A program made the position numbers and the translations under genes. A DNA stretch of 64,000 nt from Pseudomonadota bacterium (GTDB lineage: Bacteria; Myxococcota; JACRCW01; JAFGSX01): the NCBI GenBank assembly GCA_043821645.1, contig JBDRCO010000068.1, positions 64,001 through 128,000 on the forward strand, in the 5' to 3' direction. Each line of letters starts with the position of its first letter. Position 1 is the stretch's first letter. Below, piece by piece: positions 50,589-59,341 of this stretch. The notes beneath the pieces are model-generated. The model made no database searches, was not told where the DNA came from, and saw only the letters and a program-made list of their open reading frames with translations.

Positions 50589-51850
50589 TCACCCAGCCCA
50601 GCCATCTCCCGCTGGCCGTGGTGGGCTGCGACTTTCGCGTGGCCTCGTCGCGGATCCGCGGTCAGCTGGTGCTCGACGAGGGCGAGGCCATGCACATCGC
50701 CGCCGAGCTGGTGCGCGGCAAGGCGGCAGATGGTTTCCTGGATCTGGCCACCTGCAACCGCAACGAGTGGTACGTGTCGTCGGACAAACCCGCCTGGGCG
50801 GTGGAGCTGCTGCGGACCTGGATGCTCGACCGCCTGGGCTCCGAGCACCAGCGCCGGATCCGACCCTACATGTTCGTGGGTGAAGAGGCGGCCGCGCACT
50901 TCTTTCGCGTGTCCCTGGGCCAGGAGTCGCTGATCGTGGGCGAGCGCCAGATCGCCGGTCAGGTTTTCAGGGCGCTGGAGGCGGCACGGGCGCGCGGTTC
51001 CTCTTCGCGCATCCTCAACGGCCTGGGCTCCATCGCCGGTCGCAGCGTGCACAACGCCAGCCGCTGTGGCTGCCTGGCCAGCACCAATCGCGGCGTGCAC
51101 AGCCTGGCGGTCAACCACCTGCGTGGCTGGCTCGACGGGCGGCGGGCCAAGGTGGCGGTGATAGGTCTGGGCGAGATCGGCCGCCGGGTGCGCGGGCTGC
51201 TGTCCGTCGATGCCAAGCTGCAGGTCGTGCCCTGCAATCGTACCGTGTTGCCGGACCAGGCCGAGACCGTGCGGCCGCTGAGTGAGCTGACGACGCTGCT
51301 GGGAGAGGTCGACGCGGCCATCGTGTGCACGGGTGCGCTGGATCCGACCGTGCGTCCCGAGCACCTGGCGCGGCGCCAGGGCCGACCCATCCTGATCGTG
51401 GACATCGGCATCCCCGAACAGGTGCTGCGCGAGGGCCTGCCCGGCGGCGTCAGCGTGGCCGGCATCGACGAGCTGGTGGCCGCGCACCAGGCCGATGCCG
51501 TGGTGGTGCGCGCGGATCAGGAGGCTCAGAACCTGCTCGATGGAGCGCTGCTGCAGTTCCGCCGTTTCTGCAACGAGCCGGACTTTTTGGATATCCTCGA
51601 GGCCGTGCAGCGCCGCAGCCAGGCCATGCTGGGCGACGAGATCCCGCGCATCGTGCACGACCACTTTGGCGAGCTCGACGAGGCCACGCGGCAAAAGCTC
51701 GAGGCCGAGATCCGCACCGTGCTGCAGAGCTACACCCACGAGGTCTTCGGCACCATCAAGGACGCGGCCCTCAAGCGCGTGGACGGTGGCGGCTACGATG
51801 CCGCGACGGAGTCCGCCGCAGACTCCGTGACAGACACAGCGGCGGTCTGA
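50585..51850 (+). CDS. hemA: Glutamyl-tRNA reductase-like, paralog 1
   Basis: ATCNR catalytic Cys, ESLIVGERQIAGQ, GLGEIG, DIGIP; located in the hem operon. Confidence 0.85.
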   Translation: MITQPSHLPLAVVGCDFRVASSRIRGQLVLDEGEAMHIAAELVRGKAADGFLDLATCNRNEWYVSSDKPAWAVELLRTWMLDRLGSEHQRRIRPYMFVGEEAAAHFFRVSLGQESLIVGERQIAGQVFRALEAARARGSSSRILNGLGSIAGRSVHNASRCGCLASTNRGVHSLAVNHLRGWLDGRRAKVAVIGLGEIGRRVRGLLSVDAKLQVVPCNRTVLPDQAETVRPLSELTTLLGEVDAAIVCTGALDPTVRPEHLARRQGRPILIVDIGIPEQVLREGLPGGVSVAGIDELVAAHQADAVVVRADQEAQNLLDGALLQFRRFCNEPDFLDILEAVQRRSQAMLGDEIPRIVHDHFGELDEATRQKLEAEIRTVLQSYTHEVFGTIKDAALKRVDGGGYDAATESAADSVTDTAAV

Positions 51851-51935
51851 GCCCTACCGCGACCGCAGCACAAAGGCCGCACGCTCGCTGCTGCCTGCGC
51901 TCCACACAGCGGAATCCGTCGGGCCTGGAGTCGGC

Positions 51936-53255
51936 TCAGCGCGTGACCTGCAAAACGTAAGGCGATCCGTCGTGCCAGTAGCGCGCGAGCTGGGCGGCGC
52001 TGACCTCGATGACCCCGAGCTTGCTCAGGGGATCGCCCATCAGATACTTGCCGCTCGCGGTCTTGCCGAAGATCACGCAGGCGTGGTTGCCGGGGTCGCG
52101 GCTGTTGAGGTACTGGCCGTGGGTGCGCAGGGTCTTGCCCCAGGCGTTCCAGGGATCGCCGGCCATGACCACCCGGCCACCGCGCGCCAGGGCCTGGTCC
52201 ACGGACGTGATGTTGACCGGGAGCGGCTTCACCTTGGCGCCGACCGCCTTGAGCCCCTTGATGACCTGGTCCTTGGAGGTGGAGCTCGAGAAGGTGGTGT
52301 TGTGCCCGCGCTCGAGGTCGCGCATGTGGTCGATGGCCTTCTCGGCCTGGGCCGGGGTCGGATCCTTGAGCACGCCCAGCGAGCTGGCCGCCATCACGGC
52401 GCTGGTGGGCGCACAGTCGTTGTAGCCGTCCGGTGCACCGCGCACGCTGTTGAAGCGCGTGCTGCCCCACTGCGTGATGAAGAATTTGTTGGCCCTGGCG
52501 ACGCTGTGCAGATCGCCGGCCACGGCGGGGACCGCAGGGTTCGTCGCGGGTTTCCCGGGTGCAGCGGGCGCGGGGGCAGGAGCGCGCTTGAAGGTGCGAA
52601 CCTGGGCCAGGGCGAGGCGCTCCTGGGCACCGAAGTGGCCATCTTGCTTGAGTCCGCGGTTGCGCTGGAGAGCCTGCACCGCGGCCTGGGTCTTGGGGCC
52701 GTAGATCCCGGGTCCGCTGCGCATCGCGGCCGGGGTCATGAAACCCGCCTGGACCAGGGACTGCTGGAGCTGGCGCACGGCCGGGCCCTGGTCACCACGG
52801 GCCAGGCTCGAGGACGGCAGCGCGTCGAGCATCTTGTCGTGTCTATCCAGGGCGCGGGTCAGAGCCGCCCGCTCGGCCACTCCAAAACGGCCGTCGACGG
52901 AGATGCTGGCCTTTTTCTCGAAAGCCATGAGCGAGGCGTGGGTGAGCGGTCCAAACACACCTGGGCCCGTGTTGACCTCGGCGCGGGTCATGAAGCCGAG
53001 CTTGACCAGCGCATCCTGCAGCAGCTTGACCTGAGCTCCCTGGGAACCCTGGCGCAGGGCGACGCGGGGAACGTCGGTGCGTGGTGCCGTCTCGAAGCTC
53101 GAGGTCTGGCTGTGGCCTGCCGGGGGCGCGGCCGGTCCCGGCAGCACCGGTGATTGGGGCGCGGTGCTCGGTTGCGGGGCGGTGGGCCTGACCGCGAGCC
53201 GGGGAAGCCAGTACTTGGCTGCGGGATTCTGGCCATGACCGGTGACGATGGGCAT
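51936..53255 (-). CDS. Two peptidoglycan-binding domains + C39-like cysteine peptidase
   Basis: LRQGSQG..VKLLQ..L and LARGDQG..VRQLQ PG-binding repeats; NDCAPTS, GNHACV and MGDP as a Cys/His/Asp triad; AGGAG RBS. Confidence 0.8.
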   Translation of the reverse strand: MPIVTGHGQNPAAKYWLPRLAVRPTAPQPSTAPQSPVLPGPAAPPAGHSQTSSFETAPRTDVPRVALRQGSQGAQVKLLQDALVKLGFMTRAEVNTGPGVFGPLTHASLMAFEKKASISVDGRFGVAERAALTRALDRHDKMLDALPSSSLARGDQGPAVRQLQQSLVQAGFMTPAAMRSGPGIYGPKTQAAVQALQRNRGLKQDGHFGAQERLALAQVRTFKRAPAPAPAAPGKPATNPAVPAVAGDLHSVARANKFFITQWGSTRFNSVRGAPDGYNDCAPTSAVMAASSLGVLKDPTPAQAEKAIDHMRDLERGHNTTFSSSTSKDQVIKGLKAVGAKVKPLPVNITSVDQALARGGRVVMAGDPWNAWGKTLRTHGQYLNSRDPGNHACVIFGKTASGKYLMGDPLSKLGVIEVSAAQLARYWHDGSPYVLQVTR

Positions 53256-53490
53256 GTGGGCTCCTGTCCTACCTGCCACCAGTATCGTCTGCCGCGGGCC
53301 TGTCGCACATCCGTCTGGGTGCCGATGTCTGAGCGGGCGGACATCGGTCGAAAGGCGTATCCGACGCAGGCCAGGGGTGCTGTCGCGCTAAAAGCCGGAG
53401 GAATACCGAACGTCCACGGAGCAGGTCGGGCCTGGCGTAAAAAGCCCTGTGCGGACGCACATCGCGTGGGCATCTGCTATATAGCGGCCC

Positions 53491-54624
53491 ATGGGACATG
53501 GCCGCGGCTACCACGTGCTGTTCGGAGTGACCCTGGCGACGATGTTCGCCCTGGGTGTGTGGTGGTTCGTGTTCTTCCAGCGCGCGGTGCAGTTCGAGCG
53601 CGCGGCCGTACTCAACGATCTCAAGTCCGCCACCGCGGTGACAGCCCTCAAGCTCGGTCATAACAACATGCCGCCCCGGCTGGGGCGCCTGGCGGGGTCC
53701 TGGCCGCTGGAGATCGTGCCCTATGACCGCGCGGGCACCGGTGCCATCTCGGCGAGGCTGGTGCCCATGCACCCGCAGCTGGTGGTGCGGCCCTGGCCCG
53801 AACGCCTGACCGAGGTCGAGCAGCGGGTGCACCGACGCTGGGCCATGGTCATCGGCGAGGGCGCCCTGCTGATGCTGCTGCTGGGCGTCACCACGGTGAT
53901 GCTGTGGCGTCTGGTGCGCCAGGAGCGGCGCCACAAGGGACAGATGGACAGCTTCATCGCCGCGGTGACCCACGAGATGAAGACGCCGGTGGCCGGCATC
54001 AAGTCGATGCTGCAGACCTTCGCCGCGGGTCGCGTGCCCGCTGGCCAGCAACAGCGCCTTTACGCCATGGCTCTCAAGGAGAGCGAGCGGCTGGAGCACA
54101 TGATCGAGAACGTGCTTATCACCGGGCGGATGCGGGTGGCAGCCTACAAGCCCATGCTCGAGCCCATGGCGCTGCGCACCGCCCTGGACAAGTTCGTGGA
54201 TCATCGGCGCCGCCACCTCATCGATCGGCCGGACGCGGTGCGTCTGCAATGGGATCTGGGGACTGCCGAGGTGAACGCCCTGGCCGACGCCAGCGCCCTG
54301 CGCGTGATCCTGGAGAACCTCACCGACAACGCCTTCAAGTATGGCGGCGAGGAGCCCGAGGTCACCGTGCGGGCGCACCGGGACGCGGAGTGGATCCTGG
54401 TCAGCGTCGAGGACGCGGGCATAGGATTCGACCCCGCCACGGCCGCTCGCCTGTTCACGCCGTTTCGCCGCGGCCTCGCCCTCGACGGTGCAATCCTGCA
54501 CGGGACAGGGCTGGGGCTCAGCATCGCGCGCTCGCTGGCCCGGGAGATGGGGGGCGAGCTGATGGCCCACAGCGAGGGCAAGAACCGCGGCAGCCGTTTC
54601 ACGGTGACACTCAAGGAGGCCTGA
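53491..54624 (+). CDS. Sensor histidine kinase
   Basis: Two TM helices; THEMKTP, NLTDNAFKY, DAGIG, GTGLGL. Confidence 0.95.
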   Translation: MGHGRGYHVLFGVTLATMFALGVWWFVFFQRAVQFERAAVLNDLKSATAVTALKLGHNNMPPRLGRLAGSWPLEIVPYDRAGTGAISARLVPMHPQLVVRPWPERLTEVEQRVHRRWAMVIGEGALLMLLLGVTTVMLWRLVRQERRHKGQMDSFIAAVTHEMKTPVAGIKSMLQTFAAGRVPAGQQQRLYAMALKESERLEHMIENVLITGRMRVAAYKPMLEPMALRTALDKFVDHRRRHLIDRPDAVRLQWDLGTAEVNALADASALRVILENLTDNAFKYGGEEPEVTVRAHRDAEWILVSVEDAGIGFDPATAARLFTPFRRGLALDGAILHGTGLGLSIARSLAREMGGELMAHSEGKNRGSRFTVTLKEA

Positions 54625-54626
54625 GG

Positions 54627-55313
54627 ATGCCACGCGTGCTCGTGATCGAAGACGAGGAGCTGGTCGGCACCATGGTGCGCATGAACCTCGAGAGCGATGG
54701 CTACGAGGTGACCTGGAAGCAGAATGGCGCGGACGGCATGCAGGAGGCGCTGGCCCGTACCTACGACCTGGTGCTGCTGGACATCTCGATGCCTGGCCTG
54801 GACGGGCTCGAGGTGCTCAAGCGCCTGCGCAAGGAGACCTTGAACACACCAGTGCTCATGCTCACCGCGCGCTCCGAGATCGACACCAAGGTGCAGGCAC
54901 TCAACCTCGGGGCCGACGACTACCTGACCAAGCCCTTTGACGTGGCCGAGCTGCTGGCCCGGGTCCGCGCCCAGGTGCGGCGCAGCCAGGCAGACCGCCA
55001 GATCCCCAGCGATAACCTGGCGACTTTTGACCGGTTCAAGATCAACTTCGAGACCCGCGAGGCCACCACCAACGAGGGCGACATCGTGCTCAGCGAGAAG
55101 GAGGCGGGGTTGATGAAGCTGCTGCTCACCGCCGGGCAGCAGACCCTGACCCGCTCCACCATCCTCGACGAGGTGTGGGGCATGGATGTGTCGCCCACCG
55201 AGCGCACCGTCGACAACGTGATCCTTCGGCTGCGCCGGCTGTTCGAGCCCGACCCCGAGAACCCGAAGCACATCGTCACGGTGCGGGGTCTCGGCTACCG
55301 CTGGGTGGTCTGA
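54627..55313 (+). CDS. OmpR-family response regulator
   Basis: IEDE, LLDISMP, GADDYLTKPF, RTVDN, TVRGLGY. Confidence 0.96.
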   Translation: MPRVLVIEDEELVGTMVRMNLESDGYEVTWKQNGADGMQEALARTYDLVLLDISMPGLDGLEVLKRLRKETLNTPVLMLTARSEIDTKVQALNLGADDYLTKPFDVAELLARVRAQVRRSQADRQIPSDNLATFDRFKINFETREATTNEGDIVLSEKEAGLMKLLLTAGQQTLTRSTILDEVWGMDVSPTERTVDNVILRLRRLFEPDPENPKHIVTVRGLGYRWVV

Positions 55314-55413
55314 CATTCGAGCCACCATTCGCCTCGGTTTTTACTCGTCAAGCCAGATCTGTTCTGTATGCTGCCGCCGCCCCCGGGAGCGTGCTGAGGG
55401 CGCTGGTTTGAAG

Positions 55414-56634
55414 ATGGAGAACGGTCCCCACAACCTGCCGCTGGCCCTGGTCAGCGTGGACTTTCGCCGGGCGCCTTCGCGCACCCGGGCCGGGCTCGTG
55501 CTCGATGACGAGGCCTGGCTCGCGCTGCACGCCGAGCTGACCCGGATCGGAGCGGCCGACGGCCTGGTGCAGCTGGCCACCTGCAACCGCGTCGAGTGGA
55601 TCGCTGCCAGCACGCAGCCGGGCTGGGTCGCCGAGCTGCTGCTCCGCCGCATGCGGGACCTCCTCGCGGGCTGCGCGGATCGCCCGGTGGAGCCTTTGAC
55701 CTGCACGGCGGACCCTGCCGCGCACCACCTGCTGGGTGTGGCCCTGGGCCTCGAGTCCCTGGTGCAGGGAGAGCAGCAGATCGCCCACCAGTTCTTCAGG
55801 GCCTTCGAGCACGCCCGCAGCCTGGGCTGCTCGACCCGCGTGCTCAATGGCCTGTCCGCGGTCGCGGGCCGCCTGCTGCGTTCTGCCGAGCGCTGCGGCT
55901 GCCAGCGTCGAGCCGCGCGCGGCGTGCACACCCTGGCCATCGAGCTGCTGCGCTCGCTGTGGGGCGAGTCCTCGCAGCGGCGCGTGCTGGTGGTGGGGCA
56001 GGGCGAGATCGGCCGCCATGCTCGCGGCGTGGCCGAGGCGAGTCCGGACCTCGAGGTGCTGGTGTGCAATCGCACGCCAGACCCCGGGCGCGCGGTCCTG
56101 GGCCTCGACGAGCTGCCCCGCCTGCTCGAGCAGGTCGACGCGGCGCTGGTGTGCACCTCGGCCGCAACGCCCGTGATCGATGCCCGGCAGTTGAGCTCGC
56201 GCAGCGCCGGGAAACCCTTGCTGCTGGTCGACCTCGGCGTGCCAGAACAGGTGAGCAGCGCAGGCTTGCCAGCGGGCGTGCGGCGCATCGGGCTCGATGA
56301 CCTGGTGGACTTTGGCCAGGCGTGCAGCGCCGTGGAGTGCGCCCGGACCGACGAGCAGATGCTGATACAGCGTTCGCTCGAGCAGTTCGCGCGCTTCTGC
56401 CGCGAGCCACAATTTCTGAACATCCTCGAGGCCGTCCAGGCGCAGAAGGAGTGGATGGCAAACCAGGGCGTGCAGGAGCTGGTGGCGGATCGCTTTGGCG
56501 ACCTGCCCCAGGACGTGCAGCGGCGCCTGCAGCAGGACCTGAGGCACCTGTTCCAGCGCTACAGCCACGGTGTGGTCGAGGCGATCCGCGAGGCTGCGGA
56601 TCCGGGTCCGTATCACTACGTCGACAGCCCCTGA
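55414..56634 (+). CDS. hemA: Glutamyl-tRNA reductase-like, paralog 2
   Basis: ATCNR, GLESLVQGEQQI, GQGEIG, DLGVPEQV; colinear with paralog 1. Confidence 0.8.
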   Translation: MENGPHNLPLALVSVDFRRAPSRTRAGLVLDDEAWLALHAELTRIGAADGLVQLATCNRVEWIAASTQPGWVAELLLRRMRDLLAGCADRPVEPLTCTADPAAHHLLGVALGLESLVQGEQQIAHQFFRAFEHARSLGCSTRVLNGLSAVAGRLLRSAERCGCQRRAARGVHTLAIELLRSLWGESSQRRVLVVGQGEIGRHARGVAEASPDLEVLVCNRTPDPGRAVLGLDELPRLLEQVDAALVCTSAATPVIDARQLSSRSAGKPLLLVDLGVPEQVSSAGLPAGVRRIGLDDLVDFGQACSAVECARTDEQMLIQRSLEQFARFCREPQFLNILEAVQAQKEWMANQGVQELVADRFGDLPQDVQRRLQQDLRHLFQRYSHGVVEAIREAADPGPYHYVDSP

Positions 56635-56678
56635 GGGGGGATCCCGCGCTCGCCCGAGCCGGGACACAAGGAGGCTCC

Positions 56679-56879
56679 ATGGGCATTCGTGTTCTCGTCG
56701 CTGTGACCATGACCCTGGCCGCAATGCTCACGGCGTGCCCGGATCCGACGGAGCTCGGGCACAAGCCCAAGAACCAGATCGACAAGGCGCAGCGCGCGGT
56801 GGACAAGGCCGAGAAGGCCATGGACACCCGCGTCGACAAGGCTGCCAAGGCGGCCGAGGCTGCCGGTTCTCAGGAGTAG
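56679..56879 (+). CDS. Small lipoprotein (66 aa)
   Basis: AGGAGG RBS; lipobox LTAC; repeated (V/I)DKA helix. Confidence 0.75.
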   Translation: MGIRVLVAVTMTLAAMLTACPDPTELGHKPKNQIDKAQRAVDKAEKAMDTRVDKAAKAAEAAGSQE

Positions 56880-56909
56880 CAGCGCGACCTGTGCTCGGTC
56901 GGCGCTCGA

Positions 56910-56921
56910 TTTATATATAAA
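56910..56921. promoter_or_regulatory. Perfect AT palindrome, candidate operator
   Basis: TTTATATATAAA, 30 nt upstream of the HmuY-like gene in otherwise GC-rich DNA. Confidence 0.45.
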
Positions 56922-56951
56922 ATGACACAGGGATCCCGCAGGAGACCTCCC

Positions 56952-57716
56952 ATGCATCGCATCCTGGCCTTGATCGTCATCCTCGGCACCACCGCGTGTG
57001 ACCCGGCTCCGGGGGAGTCGGACGCGGGCACGGATGCCGGCCTGCAGGACGCCAGCAATGGCAACCTGTGCGATCCGGTGACCGCCCCCTGCGAGGATGA
57101 GATGATCCAGCAGCTGTCGCTGCACACCACCGTGGCCACGGGCGAGGTGACCAGCAGCGAGGCGAGCGGGGTGTTCACCGCCGTCATCGACGCCTCGGCC
57201 GGCGGGTCGCAGGGCTCCACCAACTACCCCTTCGTGTACGTCAAGTTCACCGACAGCGGCGCCATCAAGGTGGCGATCGACGACGAGACCGCGCTGGCTT
57301 CGCAGGACTGGGATATCGCGGTGCGGCGCTACATCCTGCGCCTCAACGGTGGCGATTCAGGACCCTCGTGCGTGGCCGCGGCCGAGACCTCGGCACAGTT
57401 CGATGCGGTGACGACAGCGCCTGGCGAGAGCGCCTTCGCCCTGGAGGACTTCTACACGGCGAGCTGCGACTACGTCACGGATACCCGCTTCGCGGGTTTT
57501 GACGGACCGGACACCCTGCTCAAGGAGTTCTGGTCCATGAACGGCATGTGCCTGGCCACTTCGGGCATCACCTACGTGCTGCGCCTGGCCGACGGGCGTC
57601 ACCTCAAGCTGGTGGTCGACGCCTACTACCGGACCGGTCAGGACGGTTGCAACACAAGTGGCACCGCGGGCAGCCAGAGTGGCGTGCTGACGCTACGGTG
57701 GGCGTGGCTGTCGTGA
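56952..57716 (+). CDS. HmuY-family lipoprotein
   Basis: Lipobox TTAC; WDIAVRRYILRLNGGDSG; YVLRLADGRHLKL..AYY. Confidence 0.8.
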   Translation: MHRILALIVILGTTACDPAPGESDAGTDAGLQDASNGNLCDPVTAPCEDEMIQQLSLHTTVATGEVTSSEASGVFTAVIDASAGGSQGSTNYPFVYVKFTDSGAIKVAIDDETALASQDWDIAVRRYILRLNGGDSGPSCVAAAETSAQFDAVTTAPGESAFALEDFYTASCDYVTDTRFAGFDGPDTLLKEFWSMNGMCLATSGITYVLRLADGRHLKLVVDAYYRTGQDGCNTSGTAGSQSGVLTLRWAWLS

Positions 57717-59266
57717 GGGTCGACCTGTCCGGTTCCCGGTTTCGGGTTCCCTGTTCCCGGTTTCACCGCCCCGGGCGTGAGGCCTGGCAGGCAGCCTTGT
57801 TCGCGTTCGCGGTCGGCAGCCTTGGCGCCTGCGCGGACCTGGCAGAGCTGGACCTGCGCGCGCCCCGACCGTTCGAGCAGCGGGTACGCCCCACCGAGGG
57901 CGGCGACCTGTTCAGCTTTGACGCCGGCGCCACGGTGCTCAGCCACGACTCGACAGGTGGGCACTTCAAGGTCTGGTACGCCATCGACACCAGCGACGCC
58001 GTGCCCCTGGCCGACGCCGACCACAGTGGGGTGCCCGACTACGTCGAGCTGGTGGCCAACCGCTACGACGATGTGATCGCGTTTTACGTCGACAGCTTGG
58101 GCTTCAGGCCCCCCGTCGACGACACCAGCCTGGGCTTGAACAACGACGGCGGTGACGCGCGCTTTGACGTCTACCTGGTGGATTTTGACCACGTGGGCGA
58201 CGGTGTGTTCGGCATCGACGGCTGCGTCGGCAGCAGCGATCGCTGTGCTGGCTACATGGCCATGGAGAACGACTTTGCCGGCTACGGCTACCCCAGCCTG
58301 AGCGTGGCGGTGACCGTGCTGAGCAGCCACGAGTTCTTTCATGCCATACAGGCGGCCTACGACAGCGGCCAGGACAGCTGGTGGACAGAGGCCACCGCGA
58401 CCTGGGCCGAGGAGCACTTTGACCCCAGCCAGGAGGACTTCGAGGGTTTCTTGAGCGGCTACCTGGACAACCCGGATCGCTCGATGGACGTGCCCCCCAT
58501 CGGCTCGGTCGACTCGTTCAGCTACGGTCTGGCCATCTGGGCCGAGTTCCTGAGCGAGGCCGTGGGCCCGGATGCGGTGCGCCACATCTGGGAAGACCTG
58601 GAGAACGGGGCCAACGGCGTCGCCGATCCGCAGGGCCTGGCCACCATCGATGCCACCCTGCAGCGGGTGTACAGCGCGTCCTTCGCCTCGGCCTTTACCG
58701 AGTTCGCGATCTGGAACCTGCACACCGGCCCCTTCGCCGTGGCCGGCCAGCACTACGCCGAGGGCGCGGACTACCCCATCGTGGCCAGGCAGTGGCAGGG
58801 GGCCCTGCCCATGACAGACCAGCTGCGCGTCTACCACGCCTCGACCCAGTACTTGCAGGGCCGCCTCGAGGGCCGCAGCCAGGTCACCGCGGCCTTCGTC
58901 GAGGCCGCGCCACCCGAACTGCGCGTGGGCCTGGTACTGGAGCGCGGATCCGAGCGCACGGATCCCTTGTGGCTCGACGACCTCGACGCCGAGTGGCCCG
59001 CCGCCGCCGACAGCACGGGCTACGACAGCGCCATCCTGGTCGTGGTCAACACCGCCATCGAGGGCAGCAGCGCGCGCCCCACGCTGTGTTTCGGCAGTCC
59101 TGAAGAGGTCCACCTGTGCCGCTTCGGCGAGGGCGGAGGAGGCGACCAGCCGCCGCCTGGAGACCAGCCAGATCCGGGGTGCGGCTGTCAGGGCGCACCT
59201 GCCAGCGCGCCGCTGCTCGTGCTCGGTGCGGTGCTGGCGCCGGTGCTTCGCCGCCGGCGGTCCTGA
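57713..59266 (+). CDS. Zinc metalloprotease (MXAN_6640-like) with MYXO-CTERM-like sorting tail; start uncertain
   Basis: SHEFFHAIQ..WWTEATA; C-terminal GCGC + hydrophobic stretch + RRRR. Confidence 0.82.
   Translation: MRVDLSGSRFRVPCSRFHRPGREAWQAALFAFAVGSLGACADLAELDLRAPRPFEQRVRPTEGGDLFSFDAGATVLSHDSTGGHFKVWYAIDTSDAVPLADADHSGVPDYVELVANRYDDVIAFYVDSLGFRPPVDDTSLGLNNDGGDARFDVYLVDFDHVGDGVFGIDGCVGSSDRCAGYMAMENDFAGYGYPSLSVAVTVLSSHEFFHAIQAAYDSGQDSWWTEATATWAEEHFDPSQEDFEGFLSGYLDNPDRSMDVPPIGSVDSFSYGLAIWAEFLSEAVGPDAVRHIWEDLENGANGVADPQGLATIDATLQRVYSASFASAFTEFAIWNLHTGPFAVAGQHYAEGADYPIVARQWQGALPMTDQLRVYHASTQYLQGRLEGRSQVTAAFVEAAPPELRVGLVLERGSERTDPLWLDDLDAEWPAAADSTGYDSAILVVVNTAIEGSSARPTLCFGSPEEVHLCRFGEGGGGDQPPPGDQPDPGCGCQGAPASAPLLVLGAVLAPVLRRRRS
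57729..57763 (+). repeat. Degenerate heptamer tandem repeat (CCGGTTY x5)
   Basis: CCGGTTC CCGGTTT CGGGTTC CCTGTTC CCGGTTT. Confidence 0.6.
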
Positions 59267-59341
59267 GCCCACCAAAATCCGCCGTGCAATGATAATGGTT
59301 GCGACGCGCTCGAGCTGCGAGCGCCAGCCCTCGAGGTTCGC

